In this document: piece after piece, positions 18,101 to 26,935 of the stretch
Position numbering within the stretch: position 1 is the first letter of the stretch
Layout: every line of letters begins with the position of its first letter
From: a virus
Lineage: Duplodnaviria > Caudoviricetes
Reading direction: 5' to 3' (one strand)
DNA length: 31,196 nucleotides
Virus record (IMG/VR): IMGVR_UViG_3300034101_000207
Span: 1-31,196 of that record
The notes under the pieces: model-generated
What the model saw: only the letters and a program-made list of their open reading frames with translations
Databases searched by the model: none
Told to the model about the DNA's origin: nothing
Translations under genes and position numbers: made by a program

Positions 18101-20688
18101 AAGGCGCAATAGGCTTCCTAGGCATAGATCAGATTGCAGAGGTATGGGCTGAAGAACTTCCTGCTGTTGAGAAACTAGACAAGATTCTTAGCGCACGTGG
18201 CTCTACCGAAATGACCCGGCGCGAGTACGTTAGCAAGAACGTGACTGACTGGTTTGAATTGTCCAACAAGCATTCGCCTGAAACGCTTGATAAATTTTTC
18301 CGCGTAGCCAACATGACTACGATCTATCAGGTTGATCCGTTGGATAGTTCGGTACAGGCAGTATTGAAGAAGCCAGTTACTGCTATGACGCCGTTTGACA
18401 AGGTCTCGTATGACATTGTCAAAGAGTACAACAGCATGCCTGTCGATCTTCGCAAAGCCTATAAGGACATGCGTGAAGATTACGATAAGTCGGCCAAAGA
18501 GTTCGAGAAGCTGCTTGAGCAGCGGCTCGGTAAAGACGTACTCGATAGAATCAAAAACAAGTACGACAAGAAGAAACTTCAGGTCTATTTGCCTTTGTGG
18601 CGTGACGGTAAGTACTGGCTAACTTACACCGACAAGAACAATGAGACCATCACTTCTGCCTACGCCACTGACGTAGAGAGGCAACGAGCGAAAGAAGCCG
18701 TGTTGGCTGCTGGTGGCAGAGATATTCAAGACTTTAAGCGTCTGCGGGATGCGCGTGAAGGTGCGCCGCCGACCGGATTCTTGGGCGAGATCGTCAAGGA
18801 ACTTGACAGTAAAGGTGTGCCGCCTGATGCCATCGACGCCGTGTACGAGGCGTATCTAAACTACTTACCTGCTGAGTCTATTCGTCAAATGCGTCGTCCC
18901 CGTGAAGCGTCATTTGATTTGACCACGGGCGTGGATCGCTACGGTGTATTCGGCTTTGAGCCTGACATCTTCCAGTCCTACGCGAACGTTGCGCCGCGCA
19001 TCGCTAACCAGTTGACCAATCTGGAGTACGCCATCCCCATCGAAGAAACGATGAGGGAGATCAAGAGACAGGTTGGTGGCGACAGACCGCGCAATCCGAC
19101 GTTGGCTGCGGTGTATAACAATCTGGAGAAGCAGGTCAACTTCATCCGTAACCCCGAGAAGAATTGGCTCGTGGACGGTGCCAGCTACTTCAGCTATCTG
19201 TGGTTCATTGCGGGTAATATTTCTTCTGCACTGATCAACTTGACTCAGATTCCCATGGTGGTCGCGCCGCTACTTGGCGGTAAATACTCTATTGCGAAGG
19301 CTACTGCCGCGCTGGATAGAGCTTCGGCTACTTACTTCAACGGTGGATGGGATACTAACAACGGTGGCAGAGGCGCGTTCCCGTCTGACTTTACGTTCGG
19401 CGCTGCCCAGAATCTGCCGCCCCGTTACAAGAGACTGTACAACCGTGCGGTAGCCCAGTCGATCATTCGCCGTTCAACCGGCTACGAAATCACTGAAGCA
19501 CAGCGGTCTGGTGTTAAAGACTTCGTGGGAATACGAGCACGAGTCGAGCATGGTCTTGGCTGGATCTTCCAGAACTCGGAACGTTTCAACCGTGAAATTA
19601 CGTTGCTCGCCGCGTTTGATCTCGCCTACGAAGAAACCAAAGATGTAGACAAGGCGATTGATGAAGCCTTGAAGTTGGTGAAGGCAGCGCACGGTTCTGC
19701 TCTTGCCGAGACTGGTCCGCGTCTGTTCCAGCAGGGTTTTGGTAAGGTGATGTTCACCTTCAAACGCTTTGCTCAGGCCCAGATCTACTTGCTGTCTAAG
19801 TTGTTTAAGCAATCCTTTGGCGATGCTGATCAACGCACCCGCGAGATTGCACGTAGTCAGTTGATTGGTATCTTCGGATCGTCGTTCTTGATTGCAGGTA
19901 TTCAAGGCATGCCGATGTACGGCGCGGTCGAGATGCTGGCTAACCTGCTGCTTGGTGACGATGACGAGCCATACGACTTTGAAGCCTACATCAACAAGAA
20001 GTTTGGCGACATGGGGCAGAAGGGTCTGCTCAACAAGATGATTCAGGTAGACGTTGCTTCGCGTACCGGCTTCAACAGTTTGATCTGGAAGGACGATCCG
20101 CAACGCATGGCTGAAGTTGGTCCGTTCTTGTACACCTTGGAGCAGGCAATGGGTCCTGCCTACGGCGCGTTCTTGAGCGGTCAGCGTGGGTATGATCTAT
20201 TTAAAGAAGGTGAGTACCGACGTTCCATCGAGGCAATCACACCGTCGTTTATCCGTAACGGGTTCAAAGCAATTCGTATGGCCGAGGAAGGCGTGCGTAA
20301 CAAAGACGGCACACCTGTTATTGAAGACATAAGCCGTTACAACTTGATGATGCAGTTGGTCGGCTTTACTCCTGCCAAGGTAGCCGAAGCTCGTGAGAGC
20401 GCGGGTGTAGATAGAAAGATAAGTGACAAGCTTTATGCACGTAGAGATAAACTGCTTAATCAGTATTTCTCTGCTTGGCAAGAGAATGATCAAAAAGAAA
20501 TGCAAGAACTACTCGGTAAAATGTATGAGTTCAGCATAAAAAATCAGAAGCCCGGCTTGTTTATTGATGCCGAGACGATACAGAAATCCATTTCAGGCAA
20601 GTTGGAACGGCAGGCACAGTCAGTAAACGGTATGTACTTACCGATGCCGGTACGCACCAGAGTAGAAGAAATACGAGAGGGTGGTTAA
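15169..20688 (+). CDS. Giant internal virion/ejection polyvalent protein: Gly/Ala hydrophobic region, wHTH, zincin-like metallopeptidase, PLxRFG-like C-terminal region
   Basis: 1839 aa. TLFHESLGHYGLR (His at 17554 and 17569) plus a downstream EEVLA; YLPLWRDGKY at 18586-18615 resembles YxPLxRFGxY; last gene of the late module. Confidence 0.75.
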   Translation: MPRYVVTMPDGRKFAINGPAGASQAEVIAAVQRRLGADKKEETTLGGELKEAVKGVIPGAAGLLETAATGAAALLPEEQEMAVRAKAAEMAGAARETFAAAPGYEDSVGRKFGEALGSTVPFFALGPLGVAGRVAATGLGVGAGAGEARQRAETEGGEEDKGLATAAGAVVGASEAIPVFNFVKRLPRGAQLDIADRVRRAFQAGGEEGAQEAAAQIAQNLIARGLYKPDQALIESVGEEGAYGAGVGAFIQVLTDMALGRRAKTAPPPEPPTAQEKLAEPETPPTAPAGTQAAAAEDVAKQVDTQSTVRQALDEEISAEEEARLEREAIQAYEREQEELAATRRRQYDERTLREAAEAEALAPVDEDIPYMRPMSEEARAALDMNLGERLMGDEIETPSMSEEARAALDMNLGERLMGDEVETVEPEYTMRDAALEVFRETGRTNVDTLRDRLAIPLQEAKQLRQSFIDEGLLVRRGNTYILQEPTKEAPPAKAEEVEDAAVRARDIETVDTGAVGRGDVLPPSRPVSEGPVVTEPATTAVERVGEFAPDVVEGTAAADVALTAGKPALPERKVKKAAEAITAQRIQPGLPLEDTREAEPEKAAPAKLLSRRAIFDEAKKLYAAGQVSPRTYRAVLEEITNAPFGELKQRDLIKLRDKLRASQQRIQASQAAPVEQEKVEAPVSTDDELAAFYKRRQEEDTRQRVRRERRDIGMRLQRGPGIGMDAGRVQQIADKAAANWKNKPRIIAVQSIDEVPESIRDKVPDDARGFYIAGDVWIIGDNATTEAGVRATLFHESLGHYGLRSMFGRRLREVMLDIYRTNPAMRKAADKWLGDAQNATTYDYMDRDGQTAMAVEEVLAEASSQGEIKNAGIRAAFNRVAALIRRFLRAMIGGFRGGELAYSNNDVRQVLIEAHSTVITREREARLGDGTIAFQRKKAEARLSSVFNVNLTAPKYNEKIGDGVRGALGNVYDSLREGAIGFLGIDQIAEVWAEELPAVEKLDKILSARGSTEMTRREYVSKNVTDWFELSNKHSPETLDKFFRVANMTTIYQVDPLDSSVQAVLKKPVTAMTPFDKVSYDIVKEYNSMPVDLRKAYKDMREDYDKSAKEFEKLLEQRLGKDVLDRIKNKYDKKKLQVYLPLWRDGKYWLTYTDKNNETITSAYATDVERQRAKEAVLAAGGRDIQDFKRLRDAREGAPPTGFLGEIVKELDSKGVPPDAIDAVYEAYLNYLPAESIRQMRRPREASFDLTTGVDRYGVFGFEPDIFQSYANVAPRIANQLTNLEYAIPIEETMREIKRQVGGDRPRNPTLAAVYNNLEKQVNFIRNPEKNWLVDGASYFSYLWFIAGNISSALINLTQIPMVVAPLLGGKYSIAKATAALDRASATYFNGGWDTNNGGRGAFPSDFTFGAAQNLPPRYKRLYNRAVAQSIIRRSTGYEITEAQRSGVKDFVGIRARVEHGLGWIFQNSERFNREITLLAAFDLAYEETKDVDKAIDEALKLVKAAHGSALAETGPRLFQQGFGKVMFTFKRFAQAQIYLLSKLFKQSFGDADQRTREIARSQLIGIFGSSFLIAGIQGMPMYGAVEMLANLLLGDDDEPYDFEAYINKKFGDMGQKGLLNKMIQVDVASRTGFNSLIWKDDPQRMAEVGPFLYTLEQAMGPAYGAFLSGQRGYDLFKEGEYRRSIEAITPSFIRNGFKAIRMAEEGVRNKDGTPVIEDISRYNLMMQLVGFTPAKVAEARESAGVDRKISDKLYARRDKLLNQYFSAWQENDQKEMQELLGKMYEFSIKNQKPGLFIDAETIQKSISGKLERQAQSVNGMYLPMPVRTRVEEIREGG
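16291..16440 (+). repeat. 78-bp tandem duplication (MSEEARAALDMNLGERLMGDE x2)
   Basis: 56 bp identical at 16291-16346 and 16369-16424, followed by a few mostly synonymous differences. Confidence 0.95.
16667..16858 (+). CDS. Nested out-of-frame small protein (63 aa) inside the giant virion gene
   Basis: AGGAGGT at 16655-16661, 5 nt before ATG 16667. Product MQQYAPEILKQLTLEQLEEAMYCLHHDQYPRDLLLQSLQLPQWNELANLLQMLLKERQQQTLH is amphipathic-helical; the host frame here is a low-complexity linker. Confidence 0.6.
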   Translation: MQQYAPEILKQLTLEQLEEAMYCLHHDQYPRDLLLQSLQLPQWNELANLLQMLLKERQQQTLH

Positions 20689-20891
20689 CCCACCCTCCAC
20701 ACCCTGACGCCGAGGTGTCCTTCCTTGGACGAGATGTAAGCCTTCACCCTAACCTTGGCTTGCTTGGCGCAAGTATCTATCTTGTAGAGCATCTCTGCCG
20801 GTCGGACGGTAGGCACGAAGAACGAGTCTCCGATATCCATACCGTCAAACGGGAAGATCCATTCAGGCTCCTGAAGCCTTGTCTCCGTCAT
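20685..20891 (-). CDS. Small conserved phage protein, probably DNA-binding
   Basis: 68 aa with the FPF..M..GDSFFVP...GVRVWRV signature; overlaps the primase 3' end by 29 nt. Confidence 0.7.
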   Translation of the reverse strand: MTETRLQEPEWIFPFDGMDIGDSFFVPTVRPAEMLYKIDTCAKQAKVRVKAYISSKEGHLGVRVWRVG

Positions 20892-23694
20892 TCTTCATTT
20901 TCTCCAAGAACTCTTTCGTTACTTCAGGGTCAGCATGGAAGGCGTACACCCAGATCGGTGCGGTCACACCGCCCTTCCAGCCCTTTGACAGACGCATCTT
21001 CTTGGCATCGATCAACGAGCCTTTCGCCTTCAACACCGTCTCCATCTCTTCCGTACTGACATTGCACTCGTTCACCAAGAACTTTCTTAGCTCAGTCTTG
21101 GAGATGTACTGCGTGCCGTTATCTATCTCGATACGGGCGACGATTGCACCGTACGCATCCGACACCTGCCTGCCTTCGTTAAAGACAAGTATGCCGTTCT
21201 GATACTTCATCAAGAACTCGGTGATCAGCGCATCGTAGTCAACTTCGCCATCCTTGACGGTCTTATCTCTGACCATGATGGACTGCAACAGCACATAGTT
21301 GAACAGGCGGTCGAGGTCATAACTGACAATGTCAGCACGACCGGCAATCTCTAACCCTGCAAACGATGCCGCCAAGCCGTTCTCGTAGAAACGATATGAT
21401 GCGTCTGTACCAAACCGCGATGAACGTATGCGGTCGTGCCACTTGTCGAGGACTTCCGTAGCAGCTTTGTCACCCATCTTCAGCAGGTACTTGATGTACT
21501 CATACCCTGCCCAACCGTAGTTGGTATTGAACGGATCGAAGATCTCCTCGCCTAGCCTTGGATTATTAGCCATGGCAGCGGGACGGGCTATGCGGAACTC
21601 CATGTACCGCGCCATCTCACCAGTCGGGTTGCGCTTAGAGGCAAAGATCTTGTCCCGCATGGACTCGTTCGATGTCATCAAGCACAGTTGTGCCGCAGTC
21701 AACTCCTGCTCACGCTCTGCGTTCACGTTGGACTTCAGGCGAATCTTGCCCTTGCCCTGCGAGATGGAGTGGATCAGGTTGGACAGTTCCTTCGGGTCCT
21801 TGTCCTTGACTTCGTCCAATCCTAAAAGAATGTTCTTGAGGTTAAGAGCACGCTGCACAAGTCCGTTGTCGGTCGCTTTGTATACGCTGACATCTTTCGG
21901 GTTAGCGAAGACACTACTAGCAGCAAGCAGCGCACCAGTCTTACCGCCGCCTGTGTTGCCGGTGTAGCAGAACGTCATGCCACTCGTGGTGCAGTAACGC
22001 ATCAGCGGAGAGCCAAACGCCATGCCGACCGCAAAGGCGTGCATCTCAAAACCCGGCATGTCGAGTTTGTTGGCGCACTCCTTCCACTTCTCAAACGAGC
22101 CTTTCGGCTCAAGCATCTTGGCGATGCTCTTCACCAACGGCGACACTGGAGCAGGCCGCTCCTCGCCTGATCGTGTGATCTCGGTCGTGCCGATCACGAA
22201 TACATCGTTCTCAGGTGTCCATCCCATCTGGCTGCGTACTTGTTCGGCAGCGTCCTGTGCTTGTAAGTAATGTGCCCATTTAGTCATATAGTCCACCAAC
22301 TTCGGCCATTGTGCTTGCGTGGGCGGTGATACACCCGCCCTACCTAGTGTGCGTTTGAATTCGTCCAAGGACTGCACCGACTCATTCGATAGATCAACTT
22401 CACGAGTCTCATGCGGCAGCACCACCCTGATCGTATAGATCTCACCCTCGGACTTGCTGTACATCCGCTTGATGGGATAGAAATCATTAGTCGATATCAG
22501 CGTAGGTTCTGGCTGGTACTTGGTTCCGTCTTCGTCAACTTCGGCGGGTGGGAGATAGTAAATTCCTCCGGATCGCCCTCGTACATAGGGACGGAGCGCA
22601 GGTGGAAATGCTTGAATCTCTTTGGAATCCTCTTCGACCCAAACTGAGTCCGCCTCAGCCCTTTCTTCCGTGGCTTCGACAAAACGTCTGCCGACTGCAA
22701 GCGGGTTTGTGATTCGGCCTCGTAGTGGGCAGCCTTCGCAGCCGCCGGGGTTGAGTTCGTTGAACTTCTCGCACGAAAAAGGTTTACCAAATGATTGATT
22801 AGCTTTTCTAATAGTTGCTTCATGGTTGTACTCGGGGTGGTCTTCGGACATCAAATGGATAGCTGATTCCCAGTCCGTGCAGTGCCGTGCAATCGACAAC
22901 CCCGCATACCACAACGGTTCTTCCAGTCTGGTCGCATTGACCAGAATGTGTTTGATCTGAGCGCAGCCCTCATCGCTCAGACTTTTCTCAGCTATGTCTT
23001 GGAACGTCGTTTCATAGTTATCCAGACGAGCAATCTTCCTAGTGTCTTCGTCCAGACCTTTCGGCAGTAGATCAAGAATTGATCCTGCTGTTTCAGTCTC
23101 ACCTAAGTAACTCTTAAACATGTCGAAGTCGTACTCAACGAACTCCGTGTCCAAGAACTTGGTAGGCGTGGGAGGATCTTTCTTGTGATTGAACGTCTCA
23201 GGGCAGCGAAGGATACGCGCTGCGTCTGCCGTTACGGCAGGATCAATCTTGAGATAGTCCAAGCACATCTGCTTGAACTTGGTTGCATAGATCTTCCATT
23301 CCTCGGTAGGAACATCGCGGTCGAAGATCCAGTACGCATGGACGCCGCCACCGGAATCAACCCTGACCGGAGGTGGTAACTCGTATTGCTTTACGAAGTC
23401 GTCAAGTGCAGCCAAAGCCTCCTCTTTACTGGAGTACTTCTTGTCACTGTCACCGACATCAAGATCAATGAAGAAGGACTTGCAGTACTGGGCGTAATCC
23501 GTCTTCCTGCTATGTCCTTTGAAACTGTTTAGTGCAACAAATACATTCTGGCCTCCATCATTTAACTCGTTTACAACCTTAACTAAGTCGTCGAATGTCT
23601 CTACGAACCGGTGCGTTGTTCTATCGTTTTTTATACCAGCTACACAATAGACACCCTGCGACGGTAATGCTTTCTCGTAAAATTCTTTTATCAT
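20863..23694 (-). CDS. Primase-helicase fusion (RepB/prim-pol-like primase, helical CTD, Cys motif, DUF927-type helicase)
   Basis: FFIDLD, VDSGGGVHAYW and TADAARILRCP primase motifs; EPLW..LS.A..C; SC...CEGCP; QMGW; Walker A GNTGGGKT; Walker B LGLDE; motif C MTSN. Confidence 0.88.
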   Translation of the reverse strand: MIKEFYEKALPSQGVYCVAGIKNDRTTHRFVETFDDLVKVVNELNDGGQNVFVALNSFKGHSRKTDYAQYCKSFFIDLDVGDSDKKYSSKEEALAALDDFVKQYELPPPVRVDSGGGVHAYWIFDRDVPTEEWKIYATKFKQMCLDYLKIDPAVTADAARILRCPETFNHKKDPPTPTKFLDTEFVEYDFDMFKSYLGETETAGSILDLLPKGLDEDTRKIARLDNYETTFQDIAEKSLSDEGCAQIKHILVNATRLEEPLWYAGLSIARHCTDWESAIHLMSEDHPEYNHEATIRKANQSFGKPFSCEKFNELNPGGCEGCPLRGRITNPLAVGRRFVEATEERAEADSVWVEEDSKEIQAFPPALRPYVRGRSGGIYYLPPAEVDEDGTKYQPEPTLISTNDFYPIKRMYSKSEGEIYTIRVVLPHETREVDLSNESVQSLDEFKRTLGRAGVSPPTQAQWPKLVDYMTKWAHYLQAQDAAEQVRSQMGWTPENDVFVIGTTEITRSGEERPAPVSPLVKSIAKMLEPKGSFEKWKECANKLDMPGFEMHAFAVGMAFGSPLMRYCTTSGMTFCYTGNTGGGKTGALLAASSVFANPKDVSVYKATDNGLVQRALNLKNILLGLDEVKDKDPKELSNLIHSISQGKGKIRLKSNVNAEREQELTAAQLCLMTSNESMRDKIFASKRNPTGEMARYMEFRIARPAAMANNPRLGEEIFDPFNTNYGWAGYEYIKYLLKMGDKAATEVLDKWHDRIRSSRFGTDASYRFYENGLAASFAGLEIAGRADIVSYDLDRLFNYVLLQSIMVRDKTVKDGEVDYDALITEFLMKYQNGILVFNEGRQVSDAYGAIVARIEIDNGTQYISKTELRKFLVNECNVSTEEMETVLKAKGSLIDAKKMRLSKGWKGGVTAPIWVYAFHADPEVTKEFLEKMKNDGDKASGA

Positions 23695-23707
23695 GACCGT
23701 TACAGAT

Positions 23708-23735
23708 AAAAAAGGCGGGGTGGCAGTCCCCCGCC
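23708..23735 (-). terminator. Intrinsic terminator after the HTH gene, directly upstream of the primase start
   Basis: Minus strand GGCGGGG-gactgcca-CCCCGCC-TTTTTT (7-bp GC stem plus U6). Confidence 0.8.
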
Positions 23736-23759
23736 AACTGAGGTGACTACAAACTCAAA

Positions 23760-24071
23760 TCAAAAAGTTCCTCCTAACATCTGTGCGATGTAGATCTTGG
23801 CATCGAGGGAGTTCCGAGCGGGTAACACGCCGTCAGTCATATCTCTCTCAATCAATGAGATGAATGCTTCGATGCGGTTACGCTTCTCTTCTCTTATACC
23901 CTGTCCACGAAACCACGCATAGACCGTAGTACGTGAAGTCTCCAACGCCTTGGCTACGTATGCCGCAGGGATGTTAGCCTCGACACATAGTCTGCCAAGC
24001 CTGACCCCTAGACGGTTAGGATCGCCGTCCTTTAGTGCAACCAAAAACTTGTCACCGTATGAGCGAGGCAT
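23760..24071 (-). CDS. HTH (Cro/XRE-like) DNA-binding protein
   Basis: LGRLCV.ANIPAAYVAKALETSRTTVYAWFRG helix-turn-helix; GGAG RBS upstream. Confidence 0.75.
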   Translation of the reverse strand: MPRSYGDKFLVALKDGDPNRLGVRLGRLCVEANIPAAYVAKALETSRTTVYAWFRGQGIREEKRNRIEAFISLIERDMTDGVLPARNSLDAKIYIAQMLGGTF

Positions 24072-24080
24072 ATCTACTCC

Positions 24081-24938
24081 TTACTTCTTCGCCCACTTCT
24101 TGACAACGTCAGCGACGTCACCGGTAGGAGCGGCTTCAGCCTTCTTACCTGCCTCACGTACCTTCGGCTCGTCAAGCGCAGCAGGTCCAGTGACAACCGG
24201 CGCACCCGGCTCAACACCTTCATCTGCCTGATACACAGTCAACTTGACCGCTGCTTCTGCCGCAGTTGAGTTGCGCTGCCGCACGATGGTCTCAATGTCT
24301 TCTTCCTCAACGGCAGAGACAGGCGAGAACAGAACCTTCGGTACAGGCGACTTGGTATCAAACTGCATCTTGGTCACGACGCGACCCGCGCTGATGTCGT
24401 TGTTAGCCAACATCTGAATGTACGGACGGAACGGCCACTTGCCATTCTCTTCCTTACCAAAGCACGACGTAGCAGGGAGAACCAACTGCATCACATCGCC
24501 ACCGGGGTTGTTGGGTAGAACAACCGCAGTACGCCATGACAGACGGCACGCCGTACCGCTGCCACCCTGACCAGAGCCTTTAACAGACCACGGGCACGAG
24601 TCACAGGACTTGGCTTGCGGAGTTTTGACCTCGGCATCCGGAGTCTTGGAGTCCGACGACCAGCAGAGCGGGGCGACCTTCTCGCCTTCCTTGTACGCAC
24701 CAGAGTAGTAGGTGCGGCTTGCGGTGTGTGCCATCTTCACGAAGATCACGTTCATGTGACGGTCTTCGATAGACGCGACTTCCTTGCCACCTGCCATCTT
24801 GCGGAACACGCCGCCCTTGATGGAGATGCGCTTCATCCCACCTGCGCCGCCACCTGCGACTGCGCGAGTGTCGTCATCAAGCCCCGTCTTAATCGTGGCA
24901 ATCTGACTCTTCAAACTAAGAATGATATCGTTACTCAT
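24081..24938 (-). CDS. Putative ssDNA-binding/annealing protein with Cys-Zn site
   Basis: RISIKGGVFR...SRTYY.G.Y...P.CWS.D...PD...PQ..SC.SCP....GSG...ACR; low-complexity tail ending in W; replication-module context. Confidence 0.55.
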   Translation of the reverse strand: MSNDIILSLKSQIATIKTGLDDDTRAVAGGGAGGMKRISIKGGVFRKMAGGKEVASIEDRHMNVIFVKMAHTASRTYYSGAYKEGEKVAPLCWSSDSKTPDAEVKTPQAKSCDSCPWSVKGSGQGGSGTACRLSWRTAVVLPNNPGGDVMQLVLPATSCFGKEENGKWPFRPYIQMLANNDISAGRVVTKMQFDTKSPVPKVLFSPVSAVEEEDIETIVRQRNSTAAEAAVKLTVYQADEGVEPGAPVVTGPAALDEPKVREAGKKAEAAPTGDVADVVKKWAKK

Positions 24939-24944
24939 AAATCC

Positions 24945-25346
24945 TCACTTACTAACTTTACGTACTGAAACGCCATACTCGCGCATCACGTTGACACCGG
25001 GCGGCAACCCGTCGCCTTCATGATCTTTTATAAACTCTTTGAAGTTGCCTTGATGGATACGACGCTCAAGCAACTGCACGGCTTCGTTATCAAGAACAAA
25101 CTTGTAGAAGTTATCCCAATCTTGGCAGAAGAAACGTTCGTTCAACTTACGCATCACCGTGCCGTGGCTCGTCTTGATGCTGTCTGCATTTACGCTGTTG
25201 CAGATGTTGAGCAATGCCGTTTCGATCTGCATCGACTCAGCCTTCAGGGCCTTGTCAGCAGCTTCATACTCTTGAAGGAGTCGGTCGCGCTGATTGCGTA
25301 TAGCGATGAAAGCCTTCACTAACTCTTCTGTATTTACTTCACTCAT
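24945..25346 (-). CDS. Conserved phage replication-module protein (N-terminal coiled coil)
   Basis: 133 aa with SIKT.HGT...DWD.FY.F....A..LLERRI.Q.N...F......PPGVN; lies between the helicase and the SSB-like gene. Confidence 0.65.
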   Translation of the reverse strand: MSEVNTEELVKAFIAIRNQRDRLLQEYEAADKALKAESMQIETALLNICNSVNADSIKTSHGTVMRKLNERFFCQDWDNFYKFVLDNEAVQLLERRIHQGNFKEFIKDHEGDGLPPGVNVMREYGVSVRKVSK

Positions 25347-26935
25347 ACTAGATCCTCACTGAGTACATTACTGTACAGGTCAACTATTTTTTGATGACTA
25401 TCTACCTTGCCTTGCAGCATGGAGTACATCTTCTTCTCAACGTCCGAGCCTTGCAGGTGAACAACAGTCATCTTGTTCTTCTGCCCGACTCGTTCAATAC
25501 GCCCGATACATTGCAAGTAAGTCTCGACGCTCATCACTGGCGACCAGAACACAATCGTGTCTGCCGCCGTCAAAGTAATTCCATGTGCTGCCGATTGCGG
25601 TTGAATCACAAGCACTCGCGGATCAGTCAAAGTCTGGAAACGCTTGATGATCTCTGAACGCTCTTGTGCTGCTACCGAACCTTGAATGACCTCACACGTA
25701 ACGCCTTCGTCTGCTAGGAACTTCGTGACTACATCAATAGTATGGATGTACGGAACAAATACTACAACCTTGTTTGACGTTTCTTCAAGCACTTCTTTTA
25801 ACGCATTGAGTCGCGGTGAAACATCGAACTCGATGACCTTTTGCTTGTCGGTGTAGACCGCACCGCCACTGATCTGAAGAAGTTTATTTAGCGATGCCGC
25901 TGCGTTGATGGCGGAGACTTGCTCACCAGATGCTTCGATAAGAAGTTGTTGCTTCAACTCTTTGTAGTACTTGGCTACTTGCGCCGTGAGCGGCACGATG
26001 CGTGTCTGATAAGTAAGTTCTGGCAGATCCAAACATTCCTTTTTGGAGTATCTGATCGCAGGTTGTAATGCTTTGAATACGTCTTCCTTGTGGGTCGGCC
26101 TCGGCATCCACTTGAACCGTGTCACTTGGTACATGACCTTGTCACGCCAAGCAGTAGTGAACTTCGGTACGCGCTGCGGTGCAACCAATCGCGCCAAACC
26201 AAACGCATCAAGCGGTGACTGCGATGCCGGTGTGCCTGTCATCATCCAGAGCCACGTGTCAGGCGTAAGTAATTTAGCCAACGTCTTCCATCGTTTTGTT
26301 GACGCCGTCTTGTATGCGTTGGCTTCGTCGATGATGATCAAATCAAACTTGGCAGCAAGCAGTTCATCGAAGACTACGTGCGTACCGTCATAGTTGATGA
26401 TTGTGAAATCGTAGTTGCTCTCAATAATCTTCTTACGCTTCTCGCTGCTACCGTGTGCCACAGCGCAACTGCGGTGCATGGCGGTCTTGAATACGTCTGC
26501 CTGCCACGCCGAATACATAATCGACAAAGGACATATCACAAGAACTTTCTTGATGATGCCCAACCCCATGAGATAGTCGGCAGCCCAGATGGCAGCGGAG
26601 GTCTTGCCCGTACCGGCTTCGTTGAAACAGAACGCACGTTGCCGCACCGACAGGAACGACGCCGTATCTTTCTGATGTTCGAACGGGCGGTGGATACCGG
26701 GCCAGTTGTAGTCGCGCAGTATCGGTGACGGCAGCTTCGGTAAGTTTGGATTGGGTTGAGCGGTGTCGAGGATAGCCGATGCTATAGACACTTCTTTGTG
26801 ATCCCAAAACAATAAAACGTTTTTAGCGAAAGCGTGTGCTTCTCTAATCTCGCACTTGTCTATGTGAGAGTAGATCTCGTCTGCAAGGTTGTAAGGAATT
26901 GTGAACTGTAATGCTTGGTTTTCTACTATATTCAT
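25343..26935 (-). CDS. SNF2-like superfamily 2 helicase
   Basis: PFEHQ Q-motif; NEAGTGKT; VICPLS; IIDEA; MTGTP; HGITLT; Q..GRIER.GQ. Confidence 0.92.
   Translation of the reverse strand: MNIVENQALQFTIPYNLADEIYSHIDKCEIREAHAFAKNVLLFWDHKEVSIASAILDTAQPNPNLPKLPSPILRDYNWPGIHRPFEHQKDTASFLSVRQRAFCFNEAGTGKTSAAIWAADYLMGLGIIKKVLVICPLSIMYSAWQADVFKTAMHRSCAVAHGSSEKRKKIIESNYDFTIINYDGTHVVFDELLAAKFDLIIIDEANAYKTASTKRWKTLAKLLTPDTWLWMMTGTPASQSPLDAFGLARLVAPQRVPKFTTAWRDKVMYQVTRFKWMPRPTHKEDVFKALQPAIRYSKKECLDLPELTYQTRIVPLTAQVAKYYKELKQQLLIEASGEQVSAINAAASLNKLLQISGGAVYTDKQKVIEFDVSPRLNALKEVLEETSNKVVVFVPYIHTIDVVTKFLADEGVTCEVIQGSVAAQERSEIIKRFQTLTDPRVLVIQPQSAAHGITLTAADTIVFWSPVMSVETYLQCIGRIERVGQKNKMTVVHLQGSDVEKKMYSMLQGKVDSHQKIVDLYSNVLSEDLV

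Noticed and set aside
19474-20103. 209-aa antisense ORF in the giant gene
   Set aside because: Typical antisense mirror of a biased coding strand; no motif or RBS.
22497-22823. 108-aa same-strand alternative-frame ORF (MKQLLEKLINHLVNLF...) inside the primase gene
   Set aside because: The amphipathic start is suggestive, but there is no SD, it overlaps conserved Cys and PY.RG..GGIY motifs of the main frame, and the rest looks like frame shadow.
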